DNA from: Microcoleus sp.
Lineage (GTDB): Bacteria; Cyanobacteriota; Cyanobacteriia; Cyanobacteriales; Microcoleaceae
NCBI GenBank assembly: GCA_042408215.1
Contig: JAYFMW010000006.1
Span: 608,001 to 672,000 of the forward strand
DNA length: 64,000 nt
Direction: 5' to 3'
The position numbers were made by a program, and so were the translations under genes. Shown here piece after piece: positions 33,399-47,999 of this stretch. The stretch's first letter is position 1; each line of letters starts with the position of its first letter. Below the pieces are notes generated by a model that worked only from the letters and a program-made list of their open reading frames with translations, did not search any database and was not told the DNA's origin.

Positions 33399-34608
33399 CC
33401 TTCCAGTTAGCCGGAATACTATTTTCTAACAGCGATTGGATGCGTTCTAGATAAAGTTTGCTGGGTTTGTCAGCGGGATTAATCGCCACAATCTGTTCAA
33501 AACAAACTTGGGCATTAGCAAAATTTCCCTGACAATATTGTTCCAGCCCCTCCTCAAAAATAGGCAAAGTTTGAATTTTGAGCGATCGCACAGGTTCTAC
33601 TTCAACATCTAACACCTCACAAACAGTAATGGCTTCTTGTCTACCTTTGACAATTGCCCGATCCAAAAAGCGAATATGATACTTTTCGGGTTGACTCAAA
33701 CGTTGTACCACATCTTCAGAAATTAATAAAGATACGCCGTAATACTTCGTTAAACTTTCCAGACGAGCCGTGAGATTGACATGATCCGAGATCGCATCGG
33801 CTTGCATCCGATTCGCGTCTCCAATAATCCCCACCATCGTATCACCCACATGGATACCAATGCCAATATTCACCGGTATCTCCCCATTTATTATACGGCT
33901 TTGATTGTATTTGTGCAACTGTTCAAACTTCACAATTGCTGCCTGAATAGCATCATCAACGCCCTCGGGAAAAACTGCCATCACTCCATCTCCCATATAC
34001 TTGACAATAAAACCGTTGTGATTGCGAATTTCGGGACTAATTTGCTGTAAATAGGTATTGATGAAGTCAAAGTTTTCTTGAGGAGTCATTTGCTCCGCCA
34101 TCGTGGTGAACGAACGTATATCGGAAAACATGATGGCCATCTCTTTGCTCACATGATCTCCAAGCTGGAAATCAACAATGCTATGCTTACCGAGAAATTG
34201 GAGATATTCATCGGGAACAAAACGTCCGTAAGCCTGCAAAAGTTTCTCTAATTCCTGTGCCCGCGCTTTCACCGTTTGCACCATATGGGAGAATACCTGT
34301 GCGAGTTCTCCCAGTGCATCGCTGCGCGCTGCCACATCTGACAATATCTGAGGTTCAAAGCAGTTGTTTTTCACAGCAATAGCTGCATCTATCACCTTTT
34401 TTACCTGCTCGATGTAAGTCTGCATCTCTCGATTGTTCTTACGGATCTGGTTTTCCAGATCCGTGGAGTGTTCCGTGATAATTTCTACTAAAGTTTCATA
34501 GCTGTTTTTTTCATCTTCGACTTCCTCAAGTTTTTGGATCAAATCCTGTATCTGTGTCTGGAGTTCTTCTGGAGATGTAGATGGTGCTAAATTGATTTGG
34601 GTTTTCAT
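33373..34608 (-). CDS. Class III adenylate/guanylate cyclase
   Basis: FSDIRSFT, KYMGDG, GIGIH and VNLTARLE; N-terminal coiled coil. Confidence 0.93.
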   Translation of the reverse strand: MKTQINLAPSTSPEELQTQIQDLIQKLEEVEDEKNSYETLVEIITEHSTDLENQIRKNNREMQTYIEQVKKVIDAAIAVKNNCFEPQILSDVAARSDALGELAQVFSHMVQTVKARAQELEKLLQAYGRFVPDEYLQFLGKHSIVDFQLGDHVSKEMAIMFSDIRSFTTMAEQMTPQENFDFINTYLQQISPEIRNHNGFIVKYMGDGVMAVFPEGVDDAIQAAIVKFEQLHKYNQSRIINGEIPVNIGIGIHVGDTMVGIIGDANRMQADAISDHVNLTARLESLTKYYGVSLLISEDVVQRLSQPEKYHIRFLDRAIVKGRQEAITVCEVLDVEVEPVRSLKIQTLPIFEEGLEQYCQGNFANAQVCFEQIVAINPADKPSKLYLERIQSLLENSIPANWKGVWKFTQK

Positions 34609-34764
34609 AATTTATACTTCCGAATCTGGGAGCGCCAAATTGTTTCAATCGCTCGCTGTAAATTATTAGAACTTACAGGAGCAGAGCTAGAAATCCGGTT
34701 GCTGCTTCGATGCTTCGCCGCCCAATATAAGAGCGAGAGTAGAAACCGGGTTTATGACCGTCAA

Positions 34765-36909
34765 TCATAAATCATGCACAATAGTTCCCTGTTGCTTCAA
34801 TACTAGCAAAGTAATGTCATCAAATACCTTTTGTTCTCCAATAAATTCTCGCAAATCATCGATGGCGGCTTGCTTGATTTGTTCGGCGCTCAAATGCCAG
34901 TTTAGAGAAACCACTTCACAGAGTCTTTCCAGACCGTAGAATTGTTTGTGGATATTTCTCGCTTCGGGGATGCCGTCAGTATACAGCACCACCCCGTCCC
35001 CCGGCTCTAAGTCTACTAAAACATGGCTGATAAAATCTGAAATATCCTCATCTAAGCCGATGGGAAATCCTAAATCCATCATATCAATGCGTTCAATTTG
35101 ACCGCCTTTTCGGACTAGGATAGTTTCCTCATGTTGACCGCTAATACTAACTTTACGGTCTGCGTAATTGAGGATAGCTAGCGTCAGGTTTTTGTCCGAG
35201 TTCATGCGCTGGATATTTTTATAAATAGTGCGGTTGAGCGTATCTAAAAAGCGCACCGGATCGGATTCTTGCATTTCATGAAGAGTGCGGACAGCCGCTT
35301 GAGTCATCACCATCAAAATGCCGCTTTCTAGTCCGTGTCCGGTGACATCGCCGATGCCAATAGTTACCACACCGTCGGTATGGAGGATATCGTAATAATC
35401 GCCGCCCACTTCATCGGCTGGTTCCATGAATCCGGCCATGTCTAAATCTGCAATTTCCTCCAGTTCTTGGCCTTTGGGCAAAATCAATTGCTGCATTTGT
35501 TTGAGGATATCTAGTTCGGAACTCATCCGAAGATTTTCCGCTCTCAGTCGGTTATTCAGAGCGGCAATTTGTTGAGTGGCTGTAGCGAGTTCGGAGGTGC
35601 GTTCTTTGACTTTATCTTCCAGAGTTTCAAAGGATTCTTGCAGTTGTCTTGCCATGCTATTAAAGGATTTTGCTAAAATTTCAATTTCAAAAATCCGACT
35701 GGAATCAACCTTCTGATTGAGAGTTCCACCTGCTAGATATTCTGAAGCTTGAGCAATTTGGTTCAGGGGACGAGTAATCCAGCTAGCCGTGAGAAAACCC
35801 ACTCCAACAGAGACAACTAGAGCCACAATACACAGCAAAATAGTGTTGCGAGTGTTAGCATAAATTTGCGTCATAAAGTCGGCTTTAGGAACTACTACTA
35901 TAATCAGCCAGTTGAGACCGTACTTGTCAGTTAGCGGAGAAACTTGGATAAATTGTCGTTGACCGTTCAGCTTAAAGTCAAGTTGAACAGTGTGATTAAT
36001 GTCTTCCAAACGGTTGAAGCGATCGAACAGATAAAGCACACTTTGACGCATCATCTGGTTGCTGCTGTCCTGTGCTTTTATCCGCTTGCTATCTTTACCT
36101 TTTCCCACCGAAAGAGGCATATTTTTAACGGAACTGGCTATTAATTCACCCTGTGGCTCAATGATAAATACTTGACCGGAATTACCCACGCTTAAAGTTT
36201 GCAGGAAATTGTGAATTTGATCTAGACCCATCTGGCAAGTCAGCACGCCAATTAGTTTCCCGTCCGCATCATAATAGGGTAGACTCGCATTAATTTGCAG
36301 CGTACCGTAGCCAAAATTAATATAAACGTCACTCCAAGCTGCCTGTTTCTTCTCAACAACAACTCTGTAAAAAGGGCGCGTGCGAACATCATAATTGGGC
36401 GTGGTATTGTCAATTTTTGTCGGGTTTCCATCACCGTCAAGGTTGTAGAAGATCAAGTCGCCACCTCCGGGAATCAGTTGCTGAGCAAGCTGAGGTTGTT
36501 CAAGTCCAACCAGCCGATTTACCCAACCCACACGCAGGTACTGACCTTTTTCGTTGGCAATTCCCGCGTGACCGATCGCCTTAAATCGCAGAACTTGTTT
36601 CCATAAATAGGGTCGAGCTTGCTCCAAATCGTCAAAGTTCAACACCCCCAAAGGTAAAACATCCTGATTGATCTGATTCACCAGTGGCGGAGCTTCCAGA
36701 TAGGTTTGGACAAGTTCGTAAACTCTAGCACTCACTTCGGAGCGCAACTGACTAACAATATCGTTGACAATCTGCTCTCCGTTTCTGTAAGAGAGATAGC
36801 CAATGCAGCCAACAGCCGCCACAATTTGCAGCACAAAGGGAACCACCAAGACATTGCGGAGACGGAATTTGCCCGACCTGGAGGCGATCGCGCGTTTTTG
36901 AGAAACCAT
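34765..36909 (-). CDS. Cache-HAMP-SpoIIE (PP2C) membrane phosphatase
   Basis: Two TM helices, HAMP, EVGGDYYD, GDVTGHG, YTDG and DDIT. Confidence 0.93.
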   Translation of the reverse strand: MVSQKRAIASRSGKFRLRNVLVVPFVLQIVAAVGCIGYLSYRNGEQIVNDIVSQLRSEVSARVYELVQTYLEAPPLVNQINQDVLPLGVLNFDDLEQARPYLWKQVLRFKAIGHAGIANEKGQYLRVGWVNRLVGLEQPQLAQQLIPGGGDLIFYNLDGDGNPTKIDNTTPNYDVRTRPFYRVVVEKKQAAWSDVYINFGYGTLQINASLPYYDADGKLIGVLTCQMGLDQIHNFLQTLSVGNSGQVFIIEPQGELIASSVKNMPLSVGKGKDSKRIKAQDSSNQMMRQSVLYLFDRFNRLEDINHTVQLDFKLNGQRQFIQVSPLTDKYGLNWLIIVVVPKADFMTQIYANTRNTILLCIVALVVSVGVGFLTASWITRPLNQIAQASEYLAGGTLNQKVDSSRIFEIEILAKSFNSMARQLQESFETLEDKVKERTSELATATQQIAALNNRLRAENLRMSSELDILKQMQQLILPKGQELEEIADLDMAGFMEPADEVGGDYYDILHTDGVVTIGIGDVTGHGLESGILMVMTQAAVRTLHEMQESDPVRFLDTLNRTIYKNIQRMNSDKNLTLAILNYADRKVSISGQHEETILVRKGGQIERIDMMDLGFPIGLDEDISDFISHVLVDLEPGDGVVLYTDGIPEARNIHKQFYGLERLCEVVSLNWHLSAEQIKQAAIDDLREFIGEQKVFDDITLLVLKQQGTIVHDL

Positions 36910-37090
36910 TCTTCACAACACTCCTAGATAAAAACTGCGATCGCGATTTACTCAGAACAGTTTTCGATGTGTTAATAGCGACGGACAATGTTATGATTAT
37001 ATCAAAAACTCAACAAACATCAAAAAATCTGCGTTCATCAGCGCTCATCTGCCTGCATCAGCAGGTAAAAATTAAAAAATCTTAAAAAAA

Positions 37091-37450
37091 ATGCAAATTA
37101 CCCAATCCCTCCACGCCGCCCTACTCATCTCCCACCTGGAAAAATCTCAACACTTTTACAGCACCGTATTAGGACTGCAAAAAATCGATCGAGAATTAAA
37201 TTTTCCCGGAATCTGGTATCAAATCGGCAACTTCCAGCTCCACCTAATTCTAGCTACCAAAATCATCCCAAATACCGTAGATTCTGAAAAATTAGGACGC
37301 CACCAACATCTAGCATTTTCCGTTGCTAACTTAGAGGCAGCAAAAGAGCAATTAATCGCTCACAATTGCCCGGTACAAATGAGCGCGTCAGGTCGATCGG
37401 CATTATTTACCCAAGACCCAGACGGAAACATCATCGAACTCAGCCAGTAA
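37091..37450 (+). CDS. VOC/glyoxalase family protein
   Basis: HAAL, HLAF and DPDGNIIEL. Confidence 0.9.
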   Translation: MQITQSLHAALLISHLEKSQHFYSTVLGLQKIDRELNFPGIWYQIGNFQLHLILATKIIPNTVDSEKLGRHQHLAFSVANLEAAKEQLIAHNCPVQMSASGRSALFTQDPDGNIIELSQ

Positions 37451-37453
37451 CAG

Positions 37454-38734
37454 ATGAAAATCATCGCCTACTCTTACACCGAACCTCTGCTAGAAACAGC
37501 ACCCGCACCGGAATTTTGGGGTCAAGAAGTCGATCGCACCTATCAAGACTTAGGAGGGCGACAGCAACTGCAACAACTCCTAAAAGACTGCCAAACAGAA
37601 CCAGTCAAATACCTGTTAATTCAGCGCTTTGAAGAACTAGGCGACACAGTTCAGCAAGTGTGCGCCCGCCTAGAACAACTGGAAAACCTCGGCATCCAAC
37701 TAATTGTCACAGACGAAAAACAAACAGAAAACAGAGCCAACTTGCTCAAACTCCTAGCAGAAATCCAGCGCAGCCAACACAGCCGCAGCATTCGCAAAGG
37801 ACACGCCCGCAACCGAATCAAATCGCGAATTCCACCGGGTAAGGCTCCCTACGGCTATCGGCGCAGCAAAGACCGTTATGCGATCGATAAAAGCACCGCC
37901 CCCACCGTCAAAGACTTTTTTGAACACTTTTTAATCTACGGTTCCTTGCGAGGTTCCGTGCGCTATTTAGCCAAAAAATACAACAAAAAAATCTCTGTCA
38001 GTACGGGCCGCCGCTGGCTGACAAATCCCGCCTACCGAGGCGATTTGGAATATCTAAACGGTCAAGTAATTTCTAATACCCACGTCCCGATTATTTCCAG
38101 AGAAGAAGCAGCCCAAATAGACAGGTTGCTGCGCCGCAATCGCCGCCTTTCTCCCCGCAGCGCCAGCGCCCCGCGTTCCCTGGCTGGTTTAGCGATTTGT
38201 GCGGAATGTCGATCGCCCATGACAGTAGCAAAAGTTACCTCCTACCGCAAAGACCGAGAATACCTTTATTTGCGGCCAATTAACTGTTCCCGCCAGCCTA
38301 AATGCAGTGGCCTTTCCTACGATGAAGTATTGCAATTAACCATCGCAGGAATTTGTCAGAATTTACCGGATGCTGTTGCGGGGTTGCAAATGCCGGATAT
38401 GAAGGGAATTAAAGTAGGAATTCTCAGGGCGATCGCATTTAAAGAACAAATCATAAGTCAACTAGCAGCCCTGATAGAAAATGGCATTTTAGATACTGAA
38501 ACTGCCGAATTGAGAGCCTACAAAATCCGCACCGAAATGGCAGATTTGCTTTGCAAATTGGCGCAACTACCGCCAGTGAATTTGCGAGAAACTGCTCAAA
38601 CTGTTTCTCTTCCCCAATTTTGGCTCGACTTGTCAGAATCGGAACGGAGGTTTTATTTTCGAGAATTTATCGATCGCATTGAGATAGTACGGGAAAATAA
38701 AAGTTGGAGTCTGCAAATTATTTTCATTTTTTAA
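37454..38734 (+). CDS. Large serine recombinase-family protein with degenerate catalytic N-terminus
   Basis: GKAPYGY, LTNPAYRG, HVPIIS and a Zn-ribbon (LAGLAICAEC). The N-terminus has YSYTE instead of YxRxS. Confidence 0.8.
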   Translation: MKIIAYSYTEPLLETAPAPEFWGQEVDRTYQDLGGRQQLQQLLKDCQTEPVKYLLIQRFEELGDTVQQVCARLEQLENLGIQLIVTDEKQTENRANLLKLLAEIQRSQHSRSIRKGHARNRIKSRIPPGKAPYGYRRSKDRYAIDKSTAPTVKDFFEHFLIYGSLRGSVRYLAKKYNKKISVSTGRRWLTNPAYRGDLEYLNGQVISNTHVPIISREEAAQIDRLLRRNRRLSPRSASAPRSLAGLAICAECRSPMTVAKVTSYRKDREYLYLRPINCSRQPKCSGLSYDEVLQLTIAGICQNLPDAVAGLQMPDMKGIKVGILRAIAFKEQIISQLAALIENGILDTETAELRAYKIRTEMADLLCKLAQLPPVNLRETAQTVSLPQFWLDLSESERRFYFREFIDRIEIVRENKSWSLQIIFIF

Positions 38735-38852
38735 TTGGATTTTTTTTTGAACCGCAGAGGCCGCAGAGAGCGCAGAGGAAGAGAGGAAGAGAGCAAGAGG
38801 GATATTCTTATAGGTAGAATCTGGAAATATCTTTCTTGCTCTTTTTGTGGAT

Positions 38853-42119
<3,267 letters not shown>

Positions 42120-42283
42120 TTCGCATACCTTATGAGATTTTTTGCTGTTGGGTAGTAGATGCAACAATGAGATTTTTTTTTTGAACCACAGAGAACACAG
42201 AGAACACAGAGTCGGAGAAGAGAAGAGAGGGTTTTTTCGTAAAGGTTCTGGAAGTATTCCTGTTTGACTAAGGTGAGTTACAG

Positions 42284-42492
42284 CAGTGTCAACTTAAGCC
42301 TAAAACCATTGATAAATATCGCTTTTAGCTAAGTCTCGATCCCCCTAAATCCCCCTTAAAAAGGGGGACTTGAAGACGTTTCCGGTTCCCCCCTTCTTAA
42401 GGGGGAGTAGGGGGCAAGAATGCGGGGGGATCTGGCGTTAATAGTCAAACAGCAGTCTGTGATTGGGTTTGACGTTAAGTTGACACCAATGG
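42284..42492. mobile_element. MITE-like element with GTGTCAACTTAA TIRs
   Basis: An inverted homologous copy lies at 46371-46578. Confidence 0.75.
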
Positions 42493-42565
42493 AGCTACAG
42501 CGCACCCTACCTTTAGATTTTTGGTGTAATTGATGCACTCTTAAAAACTGCAACATTAACCGCAT

Positions 42566-45500
42566 TTAGAGCGTTATTTGAGTGAAATCGCTAGCGGTGA
42601 GAGTATTAGTAATACCGTTCAACTTAGCCAACAATTGACCAGTGCCAGTCACACTAATCAAAGTTTGATTGTTGCTCGAAGTGATGCTGAGTTGATTGAA
42701 ACTCAAACCGGGATTCAACCCAATTAAATCCTCGCCCTTGCGGAAGTCAGTAATCGTATCAGTGCCCAGACTTTGATTTAGGAAAAACACGTCATTTCCC
42801 GAACCGCCGGTCAAAGTATCGTCCCCAACATCGCCGCTGAGGAAATCGTTGCCAGCATTTCCCAAGAGGATATCGTTGCCTTTACCGCCGTAAAGCGTAT
42901 CGTTGCCGGTGTAACCCTCAAGCAGATCGTTTTCATTGCCGCCGTAAAGCAAATCGTTGCCGTCGCCGCCGCCGAGACTGTCGTCGCCTTTGCCACCGTA
43001 AAGCGTGTCATTTCCAGCTTTACCAAAAATTAGGTCGGCATCCTCATTTCCAAACACAATGTCATTGCCATTTCCAGCATTAATTGTGTCATTGCCTAAG
43101 TTGCCTAAAATGTAGTCGTCGCCGTCTTCGCCCAGCAAGATATCGTCATCTTTGCCTCCGAAAATGCGATCGTTCCCAACACCGCCGGCAACAGTATCTT
43201 TGCCAATATCTCCTCTCAAAAAGTCGTCGCCGTCTCCGCCAACAACGGTGTCGTTATCTTTGCCGCCGTAGACGGTATTGTTGCCGGCACCGCCTTGAAG
43301 GAAATCAGTCCCGTCATTCCCGAAGATGGAATCATTATCGGCACCGCCGTCGATGTTGTCGTTGCCGCCCATACCGTAGAGAGTGTCATTCCCAGCAAGT
43401 CCGTTAATTGACTCATTTTGACCACCACCCATGATGAAGTCGGCAGTGTTAGCGCCGTTAATAGTTTGTTGGGGGGGATTGGGAGTAATGCTACTGAGGT
43501 CGAGTGTCGGAGCATTTAGGGGTTCGATGACGCTATTATCTGTGGCTGGTGTGGGTGTAGGTGTGGGTGTAGGTGTGGGTGTAGGTGTGGGTGTAGGCGC
43601 GGGTGTAGGTGTGGGTGTAGGCGCGGGTGTAGGTGTGGGTGTAGGTGTGGGTGTAGGCGCGGGTGTAGGCGCGGGTGTAGGTGTGGGTGTAGGCGCGGGT
43701 GTAGGCGCGGGTGTAGGCGCGGGTGTAGGCGCGGGTGTAGGCGCGGGTGTAGGCGCGGGTGTTGGTGTTGGAATTGGCGCGGGTGTTGGTGTTGGAATTG
43801 GCGCGGGTGTGGGCGTAGGCGTGGGTGTCGGTGTGGGTGTAGGTGTGGGTGTCGGAGTAGTGCTAAATTCAAAGGAACCACTGTCAACGATCGCCCCTGG
43901 AATCGTATCACCATCTTGAGGGCGAGCTACACCACGCTGATCTTTAGCTGGTGCGCCCGCAGCAATTCCTTTGTCAATGGCTGGACTTCCTGTTAGCAAG
44001 GGCCTGACAAAGGCGCCGTTGATATTTTGCAAAGGGCCTAGTAAGGGATCGGCGATCGTAATACTTGCGGTCGCATTATAATCGTTGAAGTTATTGGTTT
44101 TTTTGACAGGCCACTGAAAATTGCCACCTTGGTCAGTTAATTCGCTGCTGGTGTGTTGCTGAATCCCCCAATTATTTGTTCCATTAGCGGCTGTATTGTT
44201 GGCAAAAATCGTGTTTTTGACAGTGACAGAATTTCCCGCAGCAGCAGAGATACCTCCACCAACCCAATAGGCAAAATTATCAGCAATAGTTGTGTTAACA
44301 ATTGTTGTGGGGGCATAAAGAGCCATTGCACCGCCGACATTGCCATAAAAATCGCTAGTTCCAGTAACTTGATTGCCAGAAAAGGTGCTATTGGCGATCG
44401 TAGTAGGCGCATCCACGATCCACACTGCGCCACCTTGACCGGGGGCTTTGTTGTTAGCAAAGGTGGTGTTGGAGATAGTAAATCCCTTGTTAGCGCCGTT
44501 GTTCATTTGCACCAAGCCGCCTCCAACTCCGTCGTTACCCCCCGGTAGCGACAGAATTTCGTTGTCAGAGAAAGTGCTGTCTGCAACTGTTACGCTGTCT
44601 TGGGTGCCGGTATAGAGGTAAGCGGCTCCGCCTTCGCCTCGCCCTTTGTTGTTTTGAAATACGCTGCCGCTGATGTTAATTGTGCCAGAAGCTTCGCTCG
44701 GATTGCTGGCTCGATCGGTATAAAGTGCGCCGCCAAAACCCCTTAAGAAATCATTGGGCTGGCCTGTGGCGAACACGGCTGCGGTGGTGTCGTTGCCGAT
44801 GAATCGCGAGTTTTGAATGGTTAACTTGCCTTGAAGGCTGTTAATTGCTCCGCCGTTAATTCCTTTGTTGTTGGTGAAGTCACTGTTGGTGACTGTAAAA
44901 TTTTTGGAACTCAAAAAGCCGATCGCACCTGCACCGCGTTCATCGTTGGCTGCGGTGGCTACGTTACCGTTGAATTTACTGTTGGTAACAGTTAGAGTAT
45001 TGTTGAAATTGCCAAAAATTGCACCGCCACCTTTGTCGGCGACGTTGTTGTTGAACTGAACATTTTCTACTGTGAGGTTTACTTCGTCCGTTGTGCCGAT
45101 CGCCCCACCTCGATCGGTTGTTTTGCCGTTAGTAATAATCAGGTTTTTGACGGCAAAATTGGTAGAGGTATCAACATTAGCATTGACAAAAAACGCGCGG
45201 GATGCGTTGTTGCCGCTGATGGTTAAACCCGTTGCGGCCGCGCCGTCAATGGTGATGTTTTTGCCGGTGGGAATGTCTAGTTGACCGCTGGTGAGGGTGA
45301 TGGTTTGGCTGGCTAAACCGGGAGCAAAGGTGATGGTATCGCCGGCGGCGGCGGAGGCGATCGCCGCTCTTAAAGAACCAGCCCCGCTATCGTTATTATT
45401 GGCGACGACGATCGTAGCTAAATTCCCTTGGTAATTTGCCATCACATCGGCGCTCATCGCTAAGGGCGATTCAATTTCGCCCTTGGCAAATTCTAAATTC

Positions 45501-45973
45501 CAGTCGCCGCCACGGCCAGTTAAGTTGGTGGATGCTGCCACATCTGCCCCGGTTAATTCAGCAATGCGATCGACAAAATTAGCGCCTGTCCCCGATGCTA
45601 CATCGCAGCCGTAAAGCATAATATCTGCTTTTTCCGACAGTCCATTATGCCACTTTTCCAACTGGCTTTTGTATTGTTCTATGTTATCTGAACTCAGAGA
45701 AGTGTTGCCGAGTTCTAGATTCCCTGAATTCCCGTGAGAAATGATGTGAACAGAATCGATCGCCCCGTTGGTAGAGGCATATTTTTCAATTTCTGAGGTG
45801 ATTTGTTCGATGCCGTTTTTTTGGCGATCCAGTACGATTACCTGCTGGCCTGGTAGCACTCCTGCCACAATGGACTCGTAGTCTTCCACCCCAGAGTCAA
45901 TGAAGACTAAGGAACGCGGGGGGAGTTTTTCAAGTAAAGATTGTGAGTTAACTTGAGCGAACGTAGCAGTCAT
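42566..45973 (-). CDS. Paralogous DUF4347 / beta-helix / Pro-Thr-Ala linker / RTX protein
   Basis: Same architecture as the neighbouring gene, with a near-identical RTX C-terminus. Confidence 0.9.
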   Translation of the reverse strand: MTATFAQVNSQSLLEKLPPRSLVFIDSGVEDYESIVAGVLPGQQVIVLDRQKNGIEQITSEIEKYASTNGAIDSVHIISHGNSGNLELGNTSLSSDNIEQYKSQLEKWHNGLSEKADIMLYGCDVASGTGANFVDRIAELTGADVAASTNLTGRGGDWNLEFAKGEIESPLAMSADVMANYQGNLATIVVANNNDSGAGSLRAAIASAAAGDTITFAPGLASQTITLTSGQLDIPTGKNITIDGAAATGLTISGNNASRAFFVNANVDTSTNFAVKNLIITNGKTTDRGGAIGTTDEVNLTVENVQFNNNVADKGGGAIFGNFNNTLTVTNSKFNGNVATAANDERGAGAIGFLSSKNFTVTNSDFTNNKGINGGAINSLQGKLTIQNSRFIGNDTTAAVFATGQPNDFLRGFGGALYTDRASNPSEASGTINISGSVFQNNKGRGEGGAAYLYTGTQDSVTVADSTFSDNEILSLPGGNDGVGGGLVQMNNGANKGFTISNTTFANNKAPGQGGAVWIVDAPTTIANSTFSGNQVTGTSDFYGNVGGAMALYAPTTIVNTTIADNFAYWVGGGISAAAGNSVTVKNTIFANNTAANGTNNWGIQQHTSSELTDQGGNFQWPVKKTNNFNDYNATASITIADPLLGPLQNINGAFVRPLLTGSPAIDKGIAAGAPAKDQRGVARPQDGDTIPGAIVDSGSFEFSTTPTPTPTPTPTPTPTPTPAPIPTPTPAPIPTPTPAPTPAPTPAPTPAPTPAPTPAPTPTPTPAPTPAPTPTPTPTPTPAPTPTPTPAPTPTPTPTPTPTPTPTPATDNSVIEPLNAPTLDLSSITPNPPQQTINGANTADFIMGGGQNESINGLAGNDTLYGMGGNDNIDGGADNDSIFGNDGTDFLQGGAGNNTVYGGKDNDTVVGGDGDDFLRGDIGKDTVAGGVGNDRIFGGKDDDILLGEDGDDYILGNLGNDTINAGNGNDIVFGNEDADLIFGKAGNDTLYGGKGDDSLGGGDGNDLLYGGNENDLLEGYTGNDTLYGGKGNDILLGNAGNDFLSGDVGDDTLTGGSGNDVFFLNQSLGTDTITDFRKGEDLIGLNPGLSFNQLSITSSNNQTLISVTGTGQLLAKLNGITNTLTASDFTQITL

Positions 45974-46370
45974 ATTTGATCCTCCATCAATGGCTTTATT
46001 GGTAGATACAGCCTAGGAGTAATCTCATCAGCCTTATTTGATTACATCTTAACACTTATTTCTGCGATTTGCAATAGATATTAAGGAAAATTTAAATTTA
46101 TTTTGTTCCTGATTTCTCTGGAATATCTAGTAGCGACTTAGAACATTATTTGCCAACACTGGTTATATAAACAACAAAATTTAGCGCGAATAATCACATA
46201 AATTTCGCATCGATCTACTGAATAATCCAATCTTTTTGAAAAAAGAATAGCGCTCTATTCATTGAGGATTGCTATCTAGATTTTCAACAATTAGAGCCGC
46301 TTTGAATCTATGTCCTAAGCTGTCCCGCCGTTCTATCTTCATCTTTAACGGAGGTGGACAAATCCTTTCC

Positions 46371-46578
46371 CATTGGTGTCAACTTAACGTTAAACCCAGT
46401 CAGAGACTGCTGTTTGACTATTAAGGCCAGATCCCCCCTAGCCCCCCTTAAGAAGGGGGGGACAGGAGTCTTCTCAAAGTCACCCCCTACTCCCCTTCTT
46501 AAGGGGGATTTAGGGGGATCTAGACTTGGCGTAAAACCCAGATTTCTCAAGGGTCTCAGGCTTAAGTTGACACTAATG
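46371..46578. mobile_element. MITE-like element CATTGGTGTCAACTTAA...TTAAGTTGACACTAATG
   Basis: 17-bp near-perfect TIR; internal CCCCCTTAAGAAGGGGG hairpins. Confidence 0.8.
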
Positions 46579-47269
46579 ATCCTTTCCGTTCCCCTCTCTC
46601 CCCTTCTCTCCCCTTCTCCCCGGAATGCGATCGCAGGCAATTTATCTGCGTCACAGCTTAGAGCTTGTAGACAGCAACATACAGATGCCAAGCTTGTTTT
46701 TAGGCATCTACTAAAAATCCAAACTGTATGATTAATTGCACAGAGCGAGAAAATTTTTGCTACCGGCAACTATGCCCTTAGCGTTGGGGAATGCTTTTCT
46801 GATAATATTCAACGAACAATTCACAGATCCTGGCTCCAAGAGAGTGCTGAGTGGTAGATGCACCCTCTGGAGTGAGATTGTCTGGTAGGAACTGATGAAG
46901 CTGGATGTTACCCCTCTTGGTTTCACCCATTCTCGTTCAACCCTTCTATCAGTTTCACATATTTTTCTCACCGTTACATCCGCGATCGCACGGATTTTAT
47001 ATTCTCCGTAATTTCACCCAACTACCAGCGGGCCCGTAATTACCGATCGAGCCGCTCGATCGCCAGTATAGGTGACAATTGGTCGATCGGCCACCATGCT
47101 GCATCAGTCAATCAATTTGAGATTAAAGAATTGAAGAAAGCCACCCCCTCCTGAGTCTGCCCCGGAATGAATCCAGGGGCTTGTACCCTGGATGCTTTCA
47201 GTCAAGATTTTATAGAAGATGGCGGTTTCTTCCCTGAAGGGCGAATATTAATAAACTTGTTCACGTTAT

Positions 47270-47786
47270 CTAATTTAGCTTGAGCGTTTTTTGCCACCAA
47301 CTGCTGTACAAATTAACAGTCGATCGCAGCATCGCATCTTTCGACAACCTATTAATAATATTGATGGTGTCAGCATTAGCAACAATTGCGATCGCAGTTC
47401 CGAGCAAAATAGCAACACCTCTCGAATTTCCATTGTAAACGCCCGAAGCCCGCTGCATAGAGCGGTCAAACCATGTTTCAATTTATCGCTGAAACTGCTG
47501 CAACTGTTTCTGAGTATCACCGCCCTCTTTTTCGGCGCGCTGTGCTAAAATATAAAGGCTATTTTTCAGAGATTCTGGCATACTATCAACTGTTTCTTGA
47601 ATTTGTTTGTAAATCGGACTGTCCTCTTTCTCCTCCAGAATTTCTGTTACAGTCTCCTGAGTATTCCTGACTTGGCCCGCCACGGCAAAACAGTAGCAAT
47701 CAATTCCTGAATTTCGGAAGCTAGTAAGCTTAAACTCAGGTAGATAAAAACTAAGCCGATGATAATATGATGACGGGTAAATTCAT
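47270..47786 (-). pseudogene. Degraded membrane protein gene
   Basis: Pieces IIGLVFIYLSLSLLASEIQELIATVLPWRA and PESLKNSLYILAQRA...QFQR*IETWFDRSMQRASGVY are broken by frameshifts and an in-frame stop. Confidence 0.7.
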
Positions 47787-47918
47787 AAAAAATCTCTGGT
47801 CGTAAATAACACTTGTCTAAGTTTACCGGAAATTTGGGACGCTAATATAGCAACCTTTTCGGCAGTTAGGAGGTTTTCAAGTGCTGAAGCCATTGATTTT
47901 ATTGCATTTTCACATTGA

Positions 47919-47979
47919 CTTCTTCCTTCTTCCTTCTTCCTTCTTCCTTCTTCCTTCTTCCTTCTTCCTTCTTCCTTCT
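47919..47979. repeat. (TTCCTTC)n heptamer repeat
   Basis: Direct inspection. Confidence 0.9.
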
Positions 47980-47999
47980 GCGATAACTATCTTAAACTT

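Noticed and set aside
46308..46769. 153-aa and 125-aa ORFs
   Set aside because: They span the MITE and translate its palindromes.
46880..46930. CTGATGA as a hammerhead ribozyme core
   Set aside because: No properly placed GAAA or closing stems were found.
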